DNA of 64,000 bases from Hyaloraphidium curvatum SAG 235-1 (Eukaryota; Fungi; Monoblepharomycota), in assembly GCA_025558095.1 (NCBI GenBank), contig JAIVFI010000027.1:496001-560000 (forward strand), read 5' to 3'. Positions 9,084 to 21,359 of this stretch are shown piece after piece (position 1 is the stretch's first letter; each line of letters starts with the position of its first letter). A program made the translations under genes and the position numbers. The notes beneath the pieces are model-generated. The model was not told where the DNA came from and did not search any database. It saw nothing but the letters and a program-made list of their open reading frames with translations.

Positions 9084-12000
9084 ATGACGCCGCTCGACGA
9101 GGCCGCCGACGCGCCGCCGGGCGTCGGCGACGACGGGGCGCCGGCGGTGTCGTGCGCGCCGTGCCGTGGGTGCCGTGTCCCCCGCGCCGCAACCCCCCTC
9201 ACCGCGCACCGTGCGGATTCGCAGGCCAGCGCAAGGCGCGCTGTCTCGGCAACGGCGCCGACCCGTGCCCGCCGTGCGTGCGCCGCGGCGCGCCCGGCGA
9301 GTGCTCGTACCCCAAGGCGGCGGCCAAGGCGCGCCGCAACTCGCAGGGCGCGGGAGACGCCGCGTTCGACCCGGCGACAAAGACGTACCGCTGCGAAGGC
9401 TGCAATGTGGGCTCATTTTTGGAGGCGCCGGCCGAGGCCCAACGTGGTGCGGAGGTGCTGATGTGGCCTCCTCCTCCGCTCCCCAATCCCTGGGCAACCC
9501 CATCCTGCCCGCCGTTCCGCCCCCAAAATAAATCGGTGCAACAGAAATCGTTCGGCAGGATCTACGAGCTCCGCAGGCGTGGGTATTTTGGCGATCGGCC
9601 GGTTCCGGCTTTCGGTCGACTAGTCGGCCCGAGCACCGCCGGCCGATGGATCGAGCACCGGACTCACTACCAACCCGCCGTGCAGACGAGAAATCGCACG
9701 ACAAGTCAAACCAGCATGCCTGTGAATTCTGCGGGAGCCTGTTCAGGTCGGACCGCCCGGCTGCCGTCCCGCGTCCGTGCTGATCCCCGCCTCGCCACCA
9801 AACAGCCGCTCCGATGCCCTCAAGCGCCACCAAAAGGGCGCCGGTCCCGACGGCGCGTGCCGCACCGCCCGCCCGCGGCGCCGCAGCTCGCAGTCGGCGT
9901 CGCCGACCGCCGACTCGGGTGTCTCCTTCTCGGCCGCCGGCAGTGCGGAATCCGCGCCCCTCTTTACGCCGCAGGAGGCGTTCATGCCCATCGATGCGCC
10001 CGCCGGGGGTTTCGTCGCTGCGGCCAACGGCCACGCGAACGGACACGCGAACGGCCATTCCAACGGCCATTCGAATGGGTACCCGGTTCCGGATGAGGCC
10101 GATGAGGACGAGGACGAGGACATGGGCTACGAGGAAGAGGACGAGGATGAGGACGAGGAGATGGACGGCGCCTTTGCCGGCTCCGCGCTCGCGTCCTACT
10201 TCACCGTCAAGCCCCTTGCCCCGCCCGGCCCCTCGGGCCCCGGGTCGCCGTTCGGCCAGCAGGCGCGCTGGGCGCACCCGACCCCCATGATTGCCCCCGC
10301 GGAGCCGAGCTACCCGATGCCGCTGCCAGCGCGTCGGCCCTCGAACGACGCTCGGGCGCCGATCGCCGAGCGTAGGGCATCGATGGCAGACATGCCGTAC
10401 CCCATGGACGACTACCCCGTGCCGGCCCCCCGCCGCATGTCGGCCCCCGACGCCGTGCGCCGCTCGCCCCCCACCGCAACCATCCCCATGGCTCCCTACC
10501 CCGCGGCGAACCAGCCCGTCCAGCCGGTGCGCCTGGACCGGCTGTACCCCTCGGTCCCGCCGCAGCTGCTCCCCGCCGTGCCCGTCGCGGACTCGCTGAT
10601 CGACCTGCACGGAACCTACTTCCACTCCAACATCCACATCGGCACGCACCTCCCCACCCTCAAGCATCGCATGCGCCGCGGCACCGCCGATCCAACCCTG
10701 CTCCTGGTCGTGATGTGGTCCGGACTGGTGATGGCCCGCGGCCCGCCGCCTATCGACGCCGCTATGCTCGAGGCCGAATGCCTCCGCCGGATGAAAGCCG
10801 ACGCCGCCGCGCTGCTCTCGTCGCGCGACTCGGACCCCCCGCGCGCGGTGCGCCTCCTCCAGGCCCTCCAGATCGCCCGCACCATCCTGATCGGCAAGGG
10901 CATCCCCGTCGACACCGAGGTACACTCGCTCGTGTACCGCCTCCAGCCGCTGGCCCGCTTCGGCGAGCTCCCCGAGGACCTCGGCCCGCGCGACCCTCGT
11001 GATCTCGCGGGCTGGCTGGAATCCGAGTCGCGCGCGCGGACCAACGTCACCATGCTCCTCTCGGACGCCGGCCTGTCGGACGTGCTCAAAAGCTACCCGC
11101 GCTTCCTCCCCGACCACCGCACGCTCCCCGCGCGGCTCCCCCCCAACGGGCCGCCGTTCTGCTCGCCGTACCCCAACCCCGGCGGCAGCGTGCGCACCTT
11201 CCCCTGGCTCGACATGGCCGCGCCCTGCCCCGACACCCTGTTCGACTCGCTCCCGCCCGCCCCCGAGACCCGCGCTGAGAGGGAGGCCTGGCTGGCGGGG
11301 GACTGCGAGTTGCTCGGGCAGGGCAACGAGCACACGATCCGCGACCTGTGCTCGTGGGTCGATCTGCCCGCCGGCCACCCGCGCCGCCTTGCTTTGGTGC
11401 GCCACGTGGCCGGCGGCATCCTCGAGAACGGGCTGGGCGTGCTGTTCGCCGTCAACTTCGACTTTTGGGCGCGCACGGTGCACTGCCAGGAGCTCTTTGC
11501 GGCCAGGGGCTACAGCGCATACGAGGAGCCGCTCGGCGACGGGGATGGGGAGAGGCTGTGCCGCGAGACGAGGAGGAGGCTGGTCGAGGGGCTGAGGGAG
11601 TTCTTCGAGAATTTGCCTGAGGAGGTGCGGGAGCTGGATGCCGCGGCGGACGGCAAGGGGCTCAAGGAGCTGGCTGGGAAGTGGTGGGGTTGGGAGCGGA
11701 GGCACAGGCTGTGAGTATCGCTGGGGGCCGGAACGTTTCGGTGTTGCGGGAACTCATCCGTGTCGTCGCATCCAGCACGCAGGTGCTCATCTTCCTTCAC
11801 TCGTTCGCGCTCATGCTGCACTCGCCGCGAGAGTTCCTCCCCCACGTCGAGGCCCCCGACTCGCCGTGGTTCGCCTCCCCCGCTTTCGTCCGCGCCGAGG
11901 GCGAGGCCATCGCCATCTCGCGCCTCGTGCGCTCGCTCATCTCGGCGCCCCCGGCCCCCGGCGCCGGTGTGGGCGCGGACGAGTACCGCCGCCGCGAGGC

Positions 12001-12334
12001 GCGCAGCCTGCCCCCCGCGTGGAGCATCGCCGTCCTGCGCTCCGCATGGACGCACTGCGCCACCATCCGCCGCCTGTGCAGCCTGCTGGACATGTCGGCG
12101 CCGTCGGCGGCCAACGCGGGCGCTCTGCAGACTGTCAGAGAGCTGGTCGAGGACGTGGAGGGGTGCCTGGACGGGCTCAAGGACTGCGGGGCGAGCTGGA
12201 AGCAGATGCACCAGGCGTACGACGTCATCACCCGCGTGGTGGGCAGGCTGCTTTCCGGGCCCGGGGGCTTGGGAGAGGGGTGGCTGCTTTCGGATGAGGA
12301 GCTGGGGGTGCTCAAGCAGGCGGGGTGCGTGTGA
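9084..12334 (+). CDS. Transcription factor with a Zn(II)2Cys6 cluster, two C2H2/C2HC fingers and a long C-terminal region
   Basis: Spliced SCAPCRQRKARCLGNGADPCPPCVRRGAPGECSY (CX2CX6CX7CX2CX8C), then YRCEGCNKSFGRIYELRRHEKSH and HACEFCGSLFSRSDALKRHQKGAGPDGAC. Confidence 0.85.
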
Positions 12335-12695
12335 CGGGCGGGGGCCGGCCCGTTGTACAGGTTGGATGTCGGCGCAGTGCCGTTTTTTGCGGGTGCGCGG
12401 GTGTTTCTTTTCCATTCTTCTTGGCCACGATGTAAGGAACTGTATCGGTAGTGGGTAGGCGCTGAGTTTCACGTTACGAACGCGACAAAAAGAGGGCTTG
12501 TTCCAAAAGGAGGAAGGAACGCGTCGAACTCAACATCCGTCGTGCGCTTTGGCCCCGAGCGCAGTGTCGGTTGGCCGGACAGGGTGGCAAAGGGGCGGAA
12601 GCGGGAGCAAGCCGCCCGGCCGCAGCACCCACCCCAGTCCCCCGTTGCTCACTCGCGCGAATCGCGATCCGGAGGTGCTATCCGGCCCTCCCACG

Positions 12696-13481
12696 ATGCG
12701 GCTCTTTGCCATCGTCGCGGCCCTTGCGCTCCTCGGCGTCGGCCCCGCGGCCGCGCGCGCGCCCTGCAACATGCCGACGACGGGCGTCACGGCGCAGAAC
12801 ATCGTGCCCGGAACCGCCAATGGAACCGTGGCTAGGCTCGAGGCCGCCGGAATTCGCCTCTTCAACTGCTCCAACGGCACCGCGCAGCCGCTCTCGGGCG
12901 GCCTCGTCACCGTCGAGGGTGGCGCGCTGAGCCCGTTGTACCCCGAGCTGCGGGCAAACTGGTCCGGGATCGGGATCTACCCCGGCGACGCGGCGGGCAA
13001 CGGCGTGTTCGTGCTGAATAGCACGGGGCCCGAGGGGGCGTTCAACCTGACGCTCAACTACTCGACCGTGGGATGCGCCGTTCCCTGCCACGGCCTCCTG
13101 GAGTTGACGTGCCTCGCATCCGCACCAGGTCGTCTTTGTCGACTCGCCTACGGGACAGCTCACCTGGGCTCGTTGGAATGTCTTCACGGTGCCCGCAGGT
13201 GTCGCCGACCGGTACGGGATGGATCTGGGCGTGCGCATCTCGACCGAGGGCGGCGCGGTGCCGTCAAACTGCAGCGGTGCCGTCAACGGTGGGCAGTCGA
13301 CGCGGATCAAGGGACCCAGCCGCTGTTCTAACCGCACACTGCGCTTGCAGGGGTCAAAGAGGTGCCCTACGAGGCCGTTTACGACTTCTACTCGTGCCCG
13401 AAAGGGTCGCCGGCCGGAAGGCTCGTCCCTGGGATGGTGGTCGCGGCGATGGCTCTGCTCGTGACCATCTCCCTCTTGTGA
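12696..13481 (+). CDS. Secreted, probably GPI-anchored DUF3455-like protein (3 exons)
   Basis: Signal peptide MRLFAIVAALALLGVGPAAA. Motifs GIRLFNC, RISTEGGAVPSNC and EVPYEAVYDFY. Hydrophobic C-terminal tail GMVVAAMALLVTISLL*. Confidence 0.7.
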
Positions 13482-13573
13482 GGCACAACAATTGAAGCTG
13501 TTGGCACAGAACTTCTTCGTCCATTCCGCCATCTGCAGTCCCACCCAGGCCGTCGAGCCCTTTCCATCCTTCG

Positions 13574-14332
13574 TCAGGCTGCCAAAGCAGCCTTCGGCAG
13601 CTCCCCCTCCCACCCCGACTTGACCACCACCGCCCCGCCCTCCCCGTCGCACGCAGCTGTGACCCATTTCCCCGGCACGAACTTGGCCAGCACCTCCTTC
13701 CCGAACGCCCCCTGCGAGCTGGCGACGAACGTAGCGCCCCCGGGAGGGAACACCTCCATGAGCATCGTCGACCAGGGGTTGCCCCCGTTGACGCTGATCC
13801 CCGTCGTCCGGAACGAGAGCACCCTGGCGGGGGCCTGCACCCCCGAAGCGCGGACCTGCTTGTTCCGGGCTTCGATGGTCCTCAGAGCGGCGGCGGCGGC
13901 CTCCTTGTCGTCCGCGAACATTTCGCGCGTCGCCTCGCCGCCGGCGAAGCCGCCAAAGTTCCCGCCGAGGGAGCCGCCCGGGGAGGTGAAGCTCCGCACG
14001 GCGACTTTGGTCCTGGTTTCGGGGTCGTACGCGACCTCGCACCCCGCCCCGGGCGTGACGTAGGCTACCTGGAGCCGGCTAACGACGCACTTGGTCACCG
14101 CCTCGAACGGCGGCGTCCCGTCCGCCGGCGAGACGCGGAGCAGCAGTCCGAGCATCGGGTCCTCGTTCACCGTCGTGCCCGTGTCCCAAACTCTGAGGAC
14201 GGCGGCGGTGCCGGGCAGCCCGCTGGCGAGCAGCTTCGCGTCGGAGCGGAGGAGCACGTGCGCGGCGTCGGCGAGCATGGAGGCGAGCCCGGGCTTCGAG
14301 GACTTCGAGGACTTGGAGATGCCGTTGCCCAT
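13574..14332 (-). CDS. Intronless protein with two tandem bacterial-type beta-rich repeats (DUF3592-like); MGNGIS N-myristoylation motif
   Basis: Repeat 1 is LLASGLPGTAAVLRVWDTGTTVNEDP...PGAGCEVAYDP and repeat 2 is VRASGVQAPARVLSFRTTGISVNGGNP...PGKWVTAACD. Confidence 0.75.
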   Translation of the reverse strand: MGNGISKSSKSSKPGLASMLADAAHVLLRSDAKLLASGLPGTAAVLRVWDTGTTVNEDPMLGLLLRVSPADGTPPFEAVTKCVVSRLQVAYVTPGAGCEVAYDPETRTKVAVRSFTSPGGSLGGNFGGFAGGEATREMFADDKEAAAAALRTIEARNKQVRASGVQAPARVLSFRTTGISVNGGNPWSTMLMEVFPPGGATFVASSQGAFGKEVLAKFVPGKWVTAACDGEGGAVVVKSGWEGELPKAALAA

Positions 14333-14808
14333 TTGTCGGCGTGGAAGTTCGTTTTCGACGGGGCAGGGAACGGGCCGCGAGAACAGCTTTGAAGCAGTGG
14401 GGCGGGAGATCCTCATGCGAGACCCGCTGCACAGCGCGGGCCGGCCCGACCGGGCGGCCCACATTCCGCTTCTGAATATCCGCCGCCCAGTCTTTCTTGG
14501 CATGGCATGACCGTTGGGGTTTGAGAAACAGGGAACCTCACGGCGCCATGTGGGACGCCGCGTCCTCGATGATCGAGTCAGCTTAGGGTCCGTGGGGGAG
14601 CGGGGGACCTCGCTGACTGCGACCTTTTGCCCTCTGCGGCTGGTTTGAAACCACGCGGTCTCTTCTCGCTAATCCACCATCCACCGCGTCCGCCTGCTCT
14701 CGATGCCCGCATCAGGTTTTCCCGGCGGGGATTCGGTCGTCTCCAAAAGGTCAGCTCACCAGCCGAGGTGGCGCTTCACTTTCCCCTTGAACGACTCAGG
14801 CGCCAACC

Positions 14809-15711
14809 ATGCCCCGCGCGCTCCCCATCGCGGCGCTCTGCGCGCTGCTGATCGTGCTCGTGGCAATGCTCTCTGCGGCCGACGCGGCGGCGGTCCGCGC
14901 GCTCGTCCCGCGCGACCCCGACCCCGCCTCGACCACGGGCGCCGCCGCGGCCCCCACGACGACAAAGAGGCGGCTGACGACGCGGCGGAAGACCACGTCG
15001 AAGCGCAGGACGACTTCGAAGCGCAAGACGACGACCAAGAAGGGCGTCGCGTTCCCCACGCGCCCCGCGACCGCGGAAAAGAGGGCAATCGCCGTCGCCG
15101 TCGTCAACGAACGGAAGTGGGACTCCGCGCCTTTTCGGCACCCTGATGGTCGCTAAACACTCCGCTTCCGCCCCAGCTACTGCATGATGTTCCCGGACGA
15201 CCCCTCGAAAGGCATCGGCGAGCAGGAGATGACCTCACACACCATGTGCACCTCCGCCCTGGCCCTGTACTTCGGGCGCCCCATCATCCCCGCCGGCTTC
15301 ATCATCTCGCTGCACTTTGCCCAGGGCCCCGGGTACATCCAGCTGACGGGCCTGTTCAACCTCAACACGAGGATCAACGGCAAGATCCTCAACACCGAGG
15401 ACGGGGGCGGGCAGTACGACAGCCACGGGGTGCCGGACGAGAAGTACCCGAACAGCCTGGGCAGCCCGCACGGCAGCTTCTGCGCGGGGTGGCAGCAGTA
15501 CGTGCACCTCTGGGAGGCGGACAGGAACCCCAGGCCCGGGGTGGGGCGGATCTGCATCAGGTGGGCCGCACAGCAGGGGCGGGGGCCGCGGGAGCTGATC
15601 TTTCCCGTGCCCTGCAGGTGCTGCAGCGGCGCGAACGCCGCCGCGCTTTGCAACTGGCACCTGTCTGGGAACGGGTGCCTGGCCGTCATCCCGGGCGACT
15701 ACTCCGGGTGA
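14809..15711 (+). CDS. Secreted Cys-rich fungal protein (macrophage-activating glycoprotein/MP88-like domain) with a basic Thr/Arg/Lys linker, 3 exons
   Basis: Signal peptide, then motifs YCMMFP...GIGEQE, PAGFIISLHF..GYIQLTG, DGGGQYD, ICIR/CC and GCLAVIPGDY. Confidence 0.75.
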
Positions 15712-15898
15712 AGACCAGTCGGTGAACGCAGAGGCGCGGGTCGAGATCATCGAGTAATCTTTGGCTCTACATGTACTCTTCGTCTTCATGTGGGCCCCGG
15801 CCGTGCTTCGTGCCAGTCCGTTCGAGCATCCGCGTGTCGTCGACACGGTAAGAGCCTCTCAAACGACTCCGACGCGCTTTCTCCACGATCTGCCGCCG

Positions 15899-17065
15899 AT
15901 GGCTGCTTCAAACGACCACCCGACCGATGATACCGAACCTTTGGCCTGCGCGGACCCTGCGGACGACGCTCCTGCGCTCCCAAACGAGCTGTTGTCGATG
16001 GTCACCGAGGTCCTTGGCCGACGCGGGTGGAAGGCCACGCTGCTGGAGTTCATGCTGGCCTGCAAGACCATGTTCGTCATCGGACTCCCTGCGCTCGTTC
16101 GGAACCTCGTGCTGGGACCGGGCAACGAACGCGGCCCCGAGAAGCTTGCGCTCCTGGCACGCTTTTGTGACCTTGGCCGGGGGGCAGCTCCCTGCTTCGT
16201 GAGGAGACTCAAGCTCCTGCCAGGCATCACGTTGTCAACGGAGAGGCTCGAGATCCTGGAGAAGGTGCTCGCCGGGGTGGAAGTGCTGGACTGGAAATGC
16301 CGCACTTCGATCTTGACCGCGCGGATCTGGAAGCTCCTCCGAAATGCCCCAAACCTGAGGTGGCTCCGGCTCTCCTTGTTGGCAGATGCTGCGCGTGGGC
16401 TCGACGACGCTCCAGACTTCCCGCCGTCCGTGCGCGATTTTACCCTCTCCTTGAACATCCCGGACTTCGAGTTTCGGCGGCTGCGCGACATGGGCCCTCT
16501 CAGAGAAATGCTCGCAGAGAATGCCGTGAACCTCGAGAGGTTCCACTGTGAAAGCATTTGGCTCCTCAGTTCCAGACCTACCTGGATCGGGGACGCGGGC
16601 ATCCGGAAGAAGCTCTTCAGCGTGGCCACCGATCAGATGAGCCAAGTCAAGCCGCTCCTTGGTCTCGACGTGCCAGGGCTGCGTATTCCAAGACTTGTAC
16701 TGCACCGCGCGGACGCGCCCCTCGATTGGGAGACCCTGCTTCACCTGGGAGTACAGCGCCTGGAGGTCAACGAGAGCGACATTTCCATGGCCACGGCCAT
16801 CCTTCGATCTTGGGTGGGCGCCTCCGCGCTGAAGCATTTCGTACTCCGCGGATACCGCTTTCCGACGAGCTGGGGCGCCCCGACGGGCTGGCAGGAGGAA
16901 GTCATCCGGACCAAGCTTCGAGAGATCGCGCTCGAGCGTCTGGTGATCCTTCCGGAGCAACCCGGGGACTTGGACGTCAACGTTTCGGAGGTCGCATTCT
17001 GGAGATCCGTGGGGGCCATCTGGTTGATCGGCGAGGACCTGGATGTTTGCACGACGGAGGTCTAG
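15899..17065 (+). CDS. Lineage-specific F-box-like/LRR-like protein (388 aa), paralog of 875-2098
   Basis: LPNELLSMVTEVLGRRGWKATLLEFMLACK...GPEKLALLAR...FPPSVRD aligns along its whole length with the 875 gene. Confidence 0.72.
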   Translation: MAASNDHPTDDTEPLACADPADDAPALPNELLSMVTEVLGRRGWKATLLEFMLACKTMFVIGLPALVRNLVLGPGNERGPEKLALLARFCDLGRGAAPCFVRRLKLLPGITLSTERLEILEKVLAGVEVLDWKCRTSILTARIWKLLRNAPNLRWLRLSLLADAARGLDDAPDFPPSVRDFTLSLNIPDFEFRRLRDMGPLREMLAENAVNLERFHCESIWLLSSRPTWIGDAGIRKKLFSVATDQMSQVKPLLGLDVPGLRIPRLVLHRADAPLDWETLLHLGVQRLEVNESDISMATAILRSWVGASALKHFVLRGYRFPTSWGAPTGWQEEVIRTKLREIALERLVILPEQPGDLDVNVSEVAFWRSVGAIWLIGEDLDVCTTEV

Positions 17066-17135
17066 TAGGTCGGTTTGGCTCACGATGGATCTTAGCAGTG
17101 ACATGAATGCATGTGAATGTTGGCTGTCGGTTCGC

Positions 17136-18067
17136 CTATCCCTGCTCCGTCGGCGGTGCCGCCGGCTTCTGGCCCGGCCTCGGCTGGCAGACCGGCTTGT
17201 GCGCGGTCCAGTGCTTCACCTGGCACTCTCTGGAGCAGTAGCTCACGGTTTTGCACCGCGAACACCTTTGCAGCGCACGATCCGTGCCGAGGACCAGCTT
17301 GCCGCACGCCTCGCAGCCGCGTCCGGGGAAGTGCGCGCCGTCGGCGGACCACTGCCTCGCCGACCGGTTCAGCGGCTTCAGCCGCGCCGTCACGAGGGAG
17401 CGGCAGGCCCGGCAGTGCGGGAACAGGTCGCCTTCCATGGTGTAAGGCTTGCCCCGGACTTCGAGCCGCCGGGTGCCGCTGTACCCGTCCGCGTCGAGGC
17501 CGCAGCCCAGGCAGCTCCGCGGCCGGGACGCGATGCAGTCCTGCTCGGCCGAGTCCAGCATTAGGGTCAGCACGTTGACGAGGCGCTCCGTGCGTTCGTC
17601 ATAGTAGGCCTCGGCAGAGACCTCGAAGTCCGGCACGGCGTACGCCTCGAAGTCGTCCGGCTCGCGCCCGTCGGGGCCTGGCATGGCGCCAAACACGCGG
17701 AACCGGCCGCGCACCGGGCACACGTCCTCGGGCGCCGGCTTGCTGAGCTCCCGCAGCGCGGCCTTGATGACCTCCCTGCACACATCGCGGCCGCACGTCG
17801 CCGCGGTCCACACGCGCGCGGCGCCCGATGTCAGCAGCGTCGGCGTCCTCAGGCGGTTCCGCTCGGTGGCCCGGCGGCACGAGTGGCACTTGCGGCGGGC
17901 CCGCGCCACATCGAGTCCTCGAGGAGGGCGATGGCCGCCTCGATGGGCTCCGCGCTCGCGGGCAGGAAGGCGGCGCCGGCGGGCACCGGGGCGGCGCGCT
18001 GGACCGCGATCGGGTCCGGGGAGGCGCCGTCGAGGATAGTGAGGACGATCTGTACGGGCTGCTCCAT
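17136..18067 (-). CDS. MYND zinc-finger protein (apparent 1-nt frameshift near 17915)
   Basis: C-terminal CEACGK...[29 protein letters not shown]. The N-terminal MEQPVQIVL segment is in a different frame. Confidence 0.75.
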
Positions 18068-18316
18068 GCTGAAGGCCTCCCAATATGCGGCCGCTGAGGA
18101 AGAGCTGGCCGAGTTGTAGAATTGTTTATTTTCGCTGCTGACCGGTTTCCGCTCAAGGGCTGCATCATGAGCTAGCGATGAGCAGAGAAGGATTTGAGAA
18201 CGATCTGTACAGTACAAGACATGAATTCATACGACAACCGAACATGCACTCGCGCAGGCCGATGCGCGGTCTATCACTCGACGACGACTCAACTCGTCCC
18301 ACTTCCGTCCCCCCTC

Positions 18317-19191
18317 TCAGAGCTTCGGGTTCTCCAGCACCCTCGGCAGCTCGTCCTCGTAAAACACAAACAGCCTCAGCTCGATGCTCTCCCTCGGCTT
18401 GTACCCACCCCCCTCCTTCCTCTTCTCGTCCGTGAACGCTGAATGCGGCGCGTACCGCAGCCTCCCCTCGTCAGAGTCGTACTGCTTGAACACGCACACC
18501 TCCTCGGGGGTCTGGTCGCGGAGGTAGTACCACCTGTGCTGCGGGTTCGGGCGGATGATGTAGTTGCCGCCCACGCGATCGGGGTAAACGATGTCGTAGG
18601 CGAGGAGGTCGGTGGCGGGGCAGGTGGTGGCGTCGATGACGCCGAGGGGGACGTCGACGACCTTGGGAACGTTGATCGGGCGCTGGAAATGGGGAGGTCA
18701 GGCGTCGAAGACACGGGAAGCGGCCCGGGCGTGCCCACCCAAACGTTGGCGATACCCCAGCGGCCCACGTGGTCGGCGTTGTTCCCAAAGAAGTCCTTGA
18801 GCCGCTTGGGAGCGCTAGAGTTCGTATAATCGAGATGGACGAACGCCACGGGATCCCTCGCGAAGGCACCGTCCCTCGCCGACGACCGCCGCAGCGTGTG
18901 GTCAAACACGACCGCCGCCTTGGCCCCCGTGGCGCGCAGCGCGACCTCGACGGCCTCGGGGTAGCACACCTTCCTGATCTCCTCCTCCGAGTCCCAGTCC
19001 TTCACCCTGCTGGCGTGGCGCAGGTACGTGAAGCCGTGCGACTCGAGGGACAGCGAGGCCAGGGCGGGGCGGGCGTCGTGCACGACCACGGGCTCGGCGA
19101 CGTACTCGAGGTTGGTCTTGCCGGTGGCCACGTCGTAGTAGATGCGGCCGTCGAGTTCCTTGCCGTAGTTGATGACGGCGTCGACCGACAT
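18317..19191 (-). CDS. CmcJ/AsaB/NvfI-family oxidoreductase (2 exons)
   Basis: Motifs VHDAR..LSLESHGF, YPE, VFDHTLR, VHLDYT, NVW/RPI..PLGVID, HRWYY..QTPEEV.VFKQYDS, APHSAF and RESIELR. Confidence 0.88.
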
Positions 19192-19740
19192 TTCGGGGTC
19201 AGGAGGGTGGTGCTGAGCGAGTGCTGCCAAAAGATGCGGTACCCGGGAGGCACCGAAGCCGACGAGTTCGAGGAACGGCGGCCCGGAGCGGGAGAGCGGG
19301 AGGGGCGCTGGCTTTTCCGCACGGAGCGGTAGTTGCCCGGTGGCGCGGCAGGGGGGCGGGCACTCGGCGAGCGCGGGGCCGGATGGTGCAGCGCTGTCCT
19401 CTGCCTCTGTAGCAGTTACGGCACCGGAAGGCGAATGCGGAAACCGGCCCTTTTCTTGTCGGTGGTGGCGGCGGCGGTTGCAGGCGGCGACCACGCACCG
19501 GGCGGAAATCGGTTCCCGCCGCTTCGATCGAATCGCCTGGGCCCTGTCTCCCACCCACCACGAGAAGCATCGCGGAAGCCCGTACTCCGAGCGCCCTCGC
19601 CTCGAAGGACACTCAATCGGCCCGCCGATCCCCCGTGCCGCCCGACTGCGAGGCCGCAGCCCCTGCCGCCCGCCCGGTGAACAAACCCCGGACCCTGGAC
19701 ACTCTCCCGCCCGGCGCCTTCCTCCACCCGCCCCCACGAA

Positions 19741-20385
19741 ATGCAGCTCCACGCGGACCCCATTACCATCAACTGCCGCAAGGCCATCGCCGGCCTGAAG
19801 CTCATCGGCGCGCCGTTCGAGGTGGTCTTCGTCAGCTACTTCAACGGCGAGCAGAAGAAGGAGCCATACATCAGCGTCAACCCGATGGCGCAGCTGCCCT
19901 CCCTCGTGGACGGCGACCTCGTGCTCTCCGAGTCCAACGCGATCCTGCAGTACGCCGCCGAAAAGGTCGGCAACAAGGCCGCCTACCCCACCGACCTCAA
20001 GACCCGCGCCGACGTCAACCGCTGGCTCCTGTGGGAGGCCTCGGCGTGGTTCCCGTCGTGCTACGTCTACCTCGTCGAGAACTGCGTCAAGCCCCTCCTG
20101 GGCGGCCAGACCGACCCCGCCGCGCTCGAGAAGGAGCGGCCCAACTTCGACAAGCTCGCCGGGATCCTGGACGCCCGCCTGGCCAAGAGCAAGTGGATCG
20201 CGGGCGATGCGGAGCCCACCATCGCCGACATCGCGGTGGCGGCGCCGATGCACCTGCACGCGTGGTCCAAGCTGCCCCTGGAGAGCTACCCCAACATCGT
20301 GAGGTGGATCACCGAGGTGGAGAAGCTGCCGTGCTGGCTCGAGACGCACGTGGAGGAGGGGTTCGTGGCCAAACCCAAGAAGTAG
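19741..20385 (+). CDS. Glutathione S-transferase (intronless)
   Basis: Motifs VNPMAQLPSLVDGDLVLSESNAILQY, RWLLWE and PTIADIA. Confidence 0.93.
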   Translation: MQLHADPITINCRKAIAGLKLIGAPFEVVFVSYFNGEQKKEPYISVNPMAQLPSLVDGDLVLSESNAILQYAAEKVGNKAAYPTDLKTRADVNRWLLWEASAWFPSCYVYLVENCVKPLLGGQTDPAALEKERPNFDKLAGILDARLAKSKWIAGDAEPTIADIAVAAPMHLHAWSKLPLESYPNIVRWITEVEKLPCWLETHVEEGFVAKPKK

Positions 20386-21359
20386 GCCTAGATGGTGGGG
20401 GTGGGTTTTCCAGGCGCACCGCTGGCAGAGTGCTGATCCCGTCGCCTGCTAGCAGGGAAAAAGCTTCCAGGGTCTCGGATCGTGGATGCGGGGATCGCTT
20501 GTCGGAAGATGCTGGGAATCAGGTTCCTTTGGGTTGTATTTATTGGGGATGCTGGAAGCCCTATCTTCAAGATCGCCCGCACGAATACGAGGTCGTTGCT
20601 ACACCGTCCCGGCGTCCGGGAGCGACCATCGAAAGGTGTTCGTTCGGAAGCCGGGGGGCGTTGTCCGCGGGATCGGGTTGAGCCAAAAGGTCGGCGTTGC
20701 GCGGCAGAGCGTGATTCGGAGCGGGCATTGTTGTCGTTCGCCGAGGGCGAGAGCTTTCGGGTCGTGTTCGGATGGCCGCGTCATCGATCTGCTTAACAAC
20801 TTGCGAACCCAGAAGCAGTACTGATTGAAACTCAAAAGGATGGCAAAGGCGGGCGCAGCAAGTCACTCTCGCACGGCTAGACGGCTCCAGACGCCCGGCG
20901 CTGTCGCTAGTTCCCCTCCTTTTTGGAAACTGCAGAAGGGGCCGTTTCCTGCCTCCAGCTCCACTAGCCATCGGCTGTTGTGTTGGGGTCGGGAGGAAAG
21001 CCTGGATGGACGATGATGTCGGCCGTTGCCGCACGATGACGTCGCCGACCCGTCCGCGCCGCACCCAGCCAGTGCAGCCCACGAACGGCGGAGACGGCGG
21101 CTTGCCGCCCCCTGCCATTGAAGGCTGCACATGAGAACGCATTTCGCTCATCCGATTCGACCCTCGACAGCGGGAACCGTCCGTTCTGCGGCAGGTGGTT
21201 CTCGCTATTCGAGGGCCGGGGTCTGCCCAGGGCTGTGCCGCTCCCATGGGTGTCCCCAAATTGGCGGCGGGGCGGGCCGTCGGGCGATGACAAACCGCTA
21301 ATCGAATCCATTCTCTGAAGGCGCTCCCTCCATTGTGCCTGTTGCTGAACCCTGACTCG

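Noticed and set aside
8919-11705. 928-aa minus ORF and other long antisense ORFs (e.g. 18376-20349, 31446-33761)
   Set aside because: Stop-poor shadow frames of high-GC3 genes with R/G/A-rich low-information translations.
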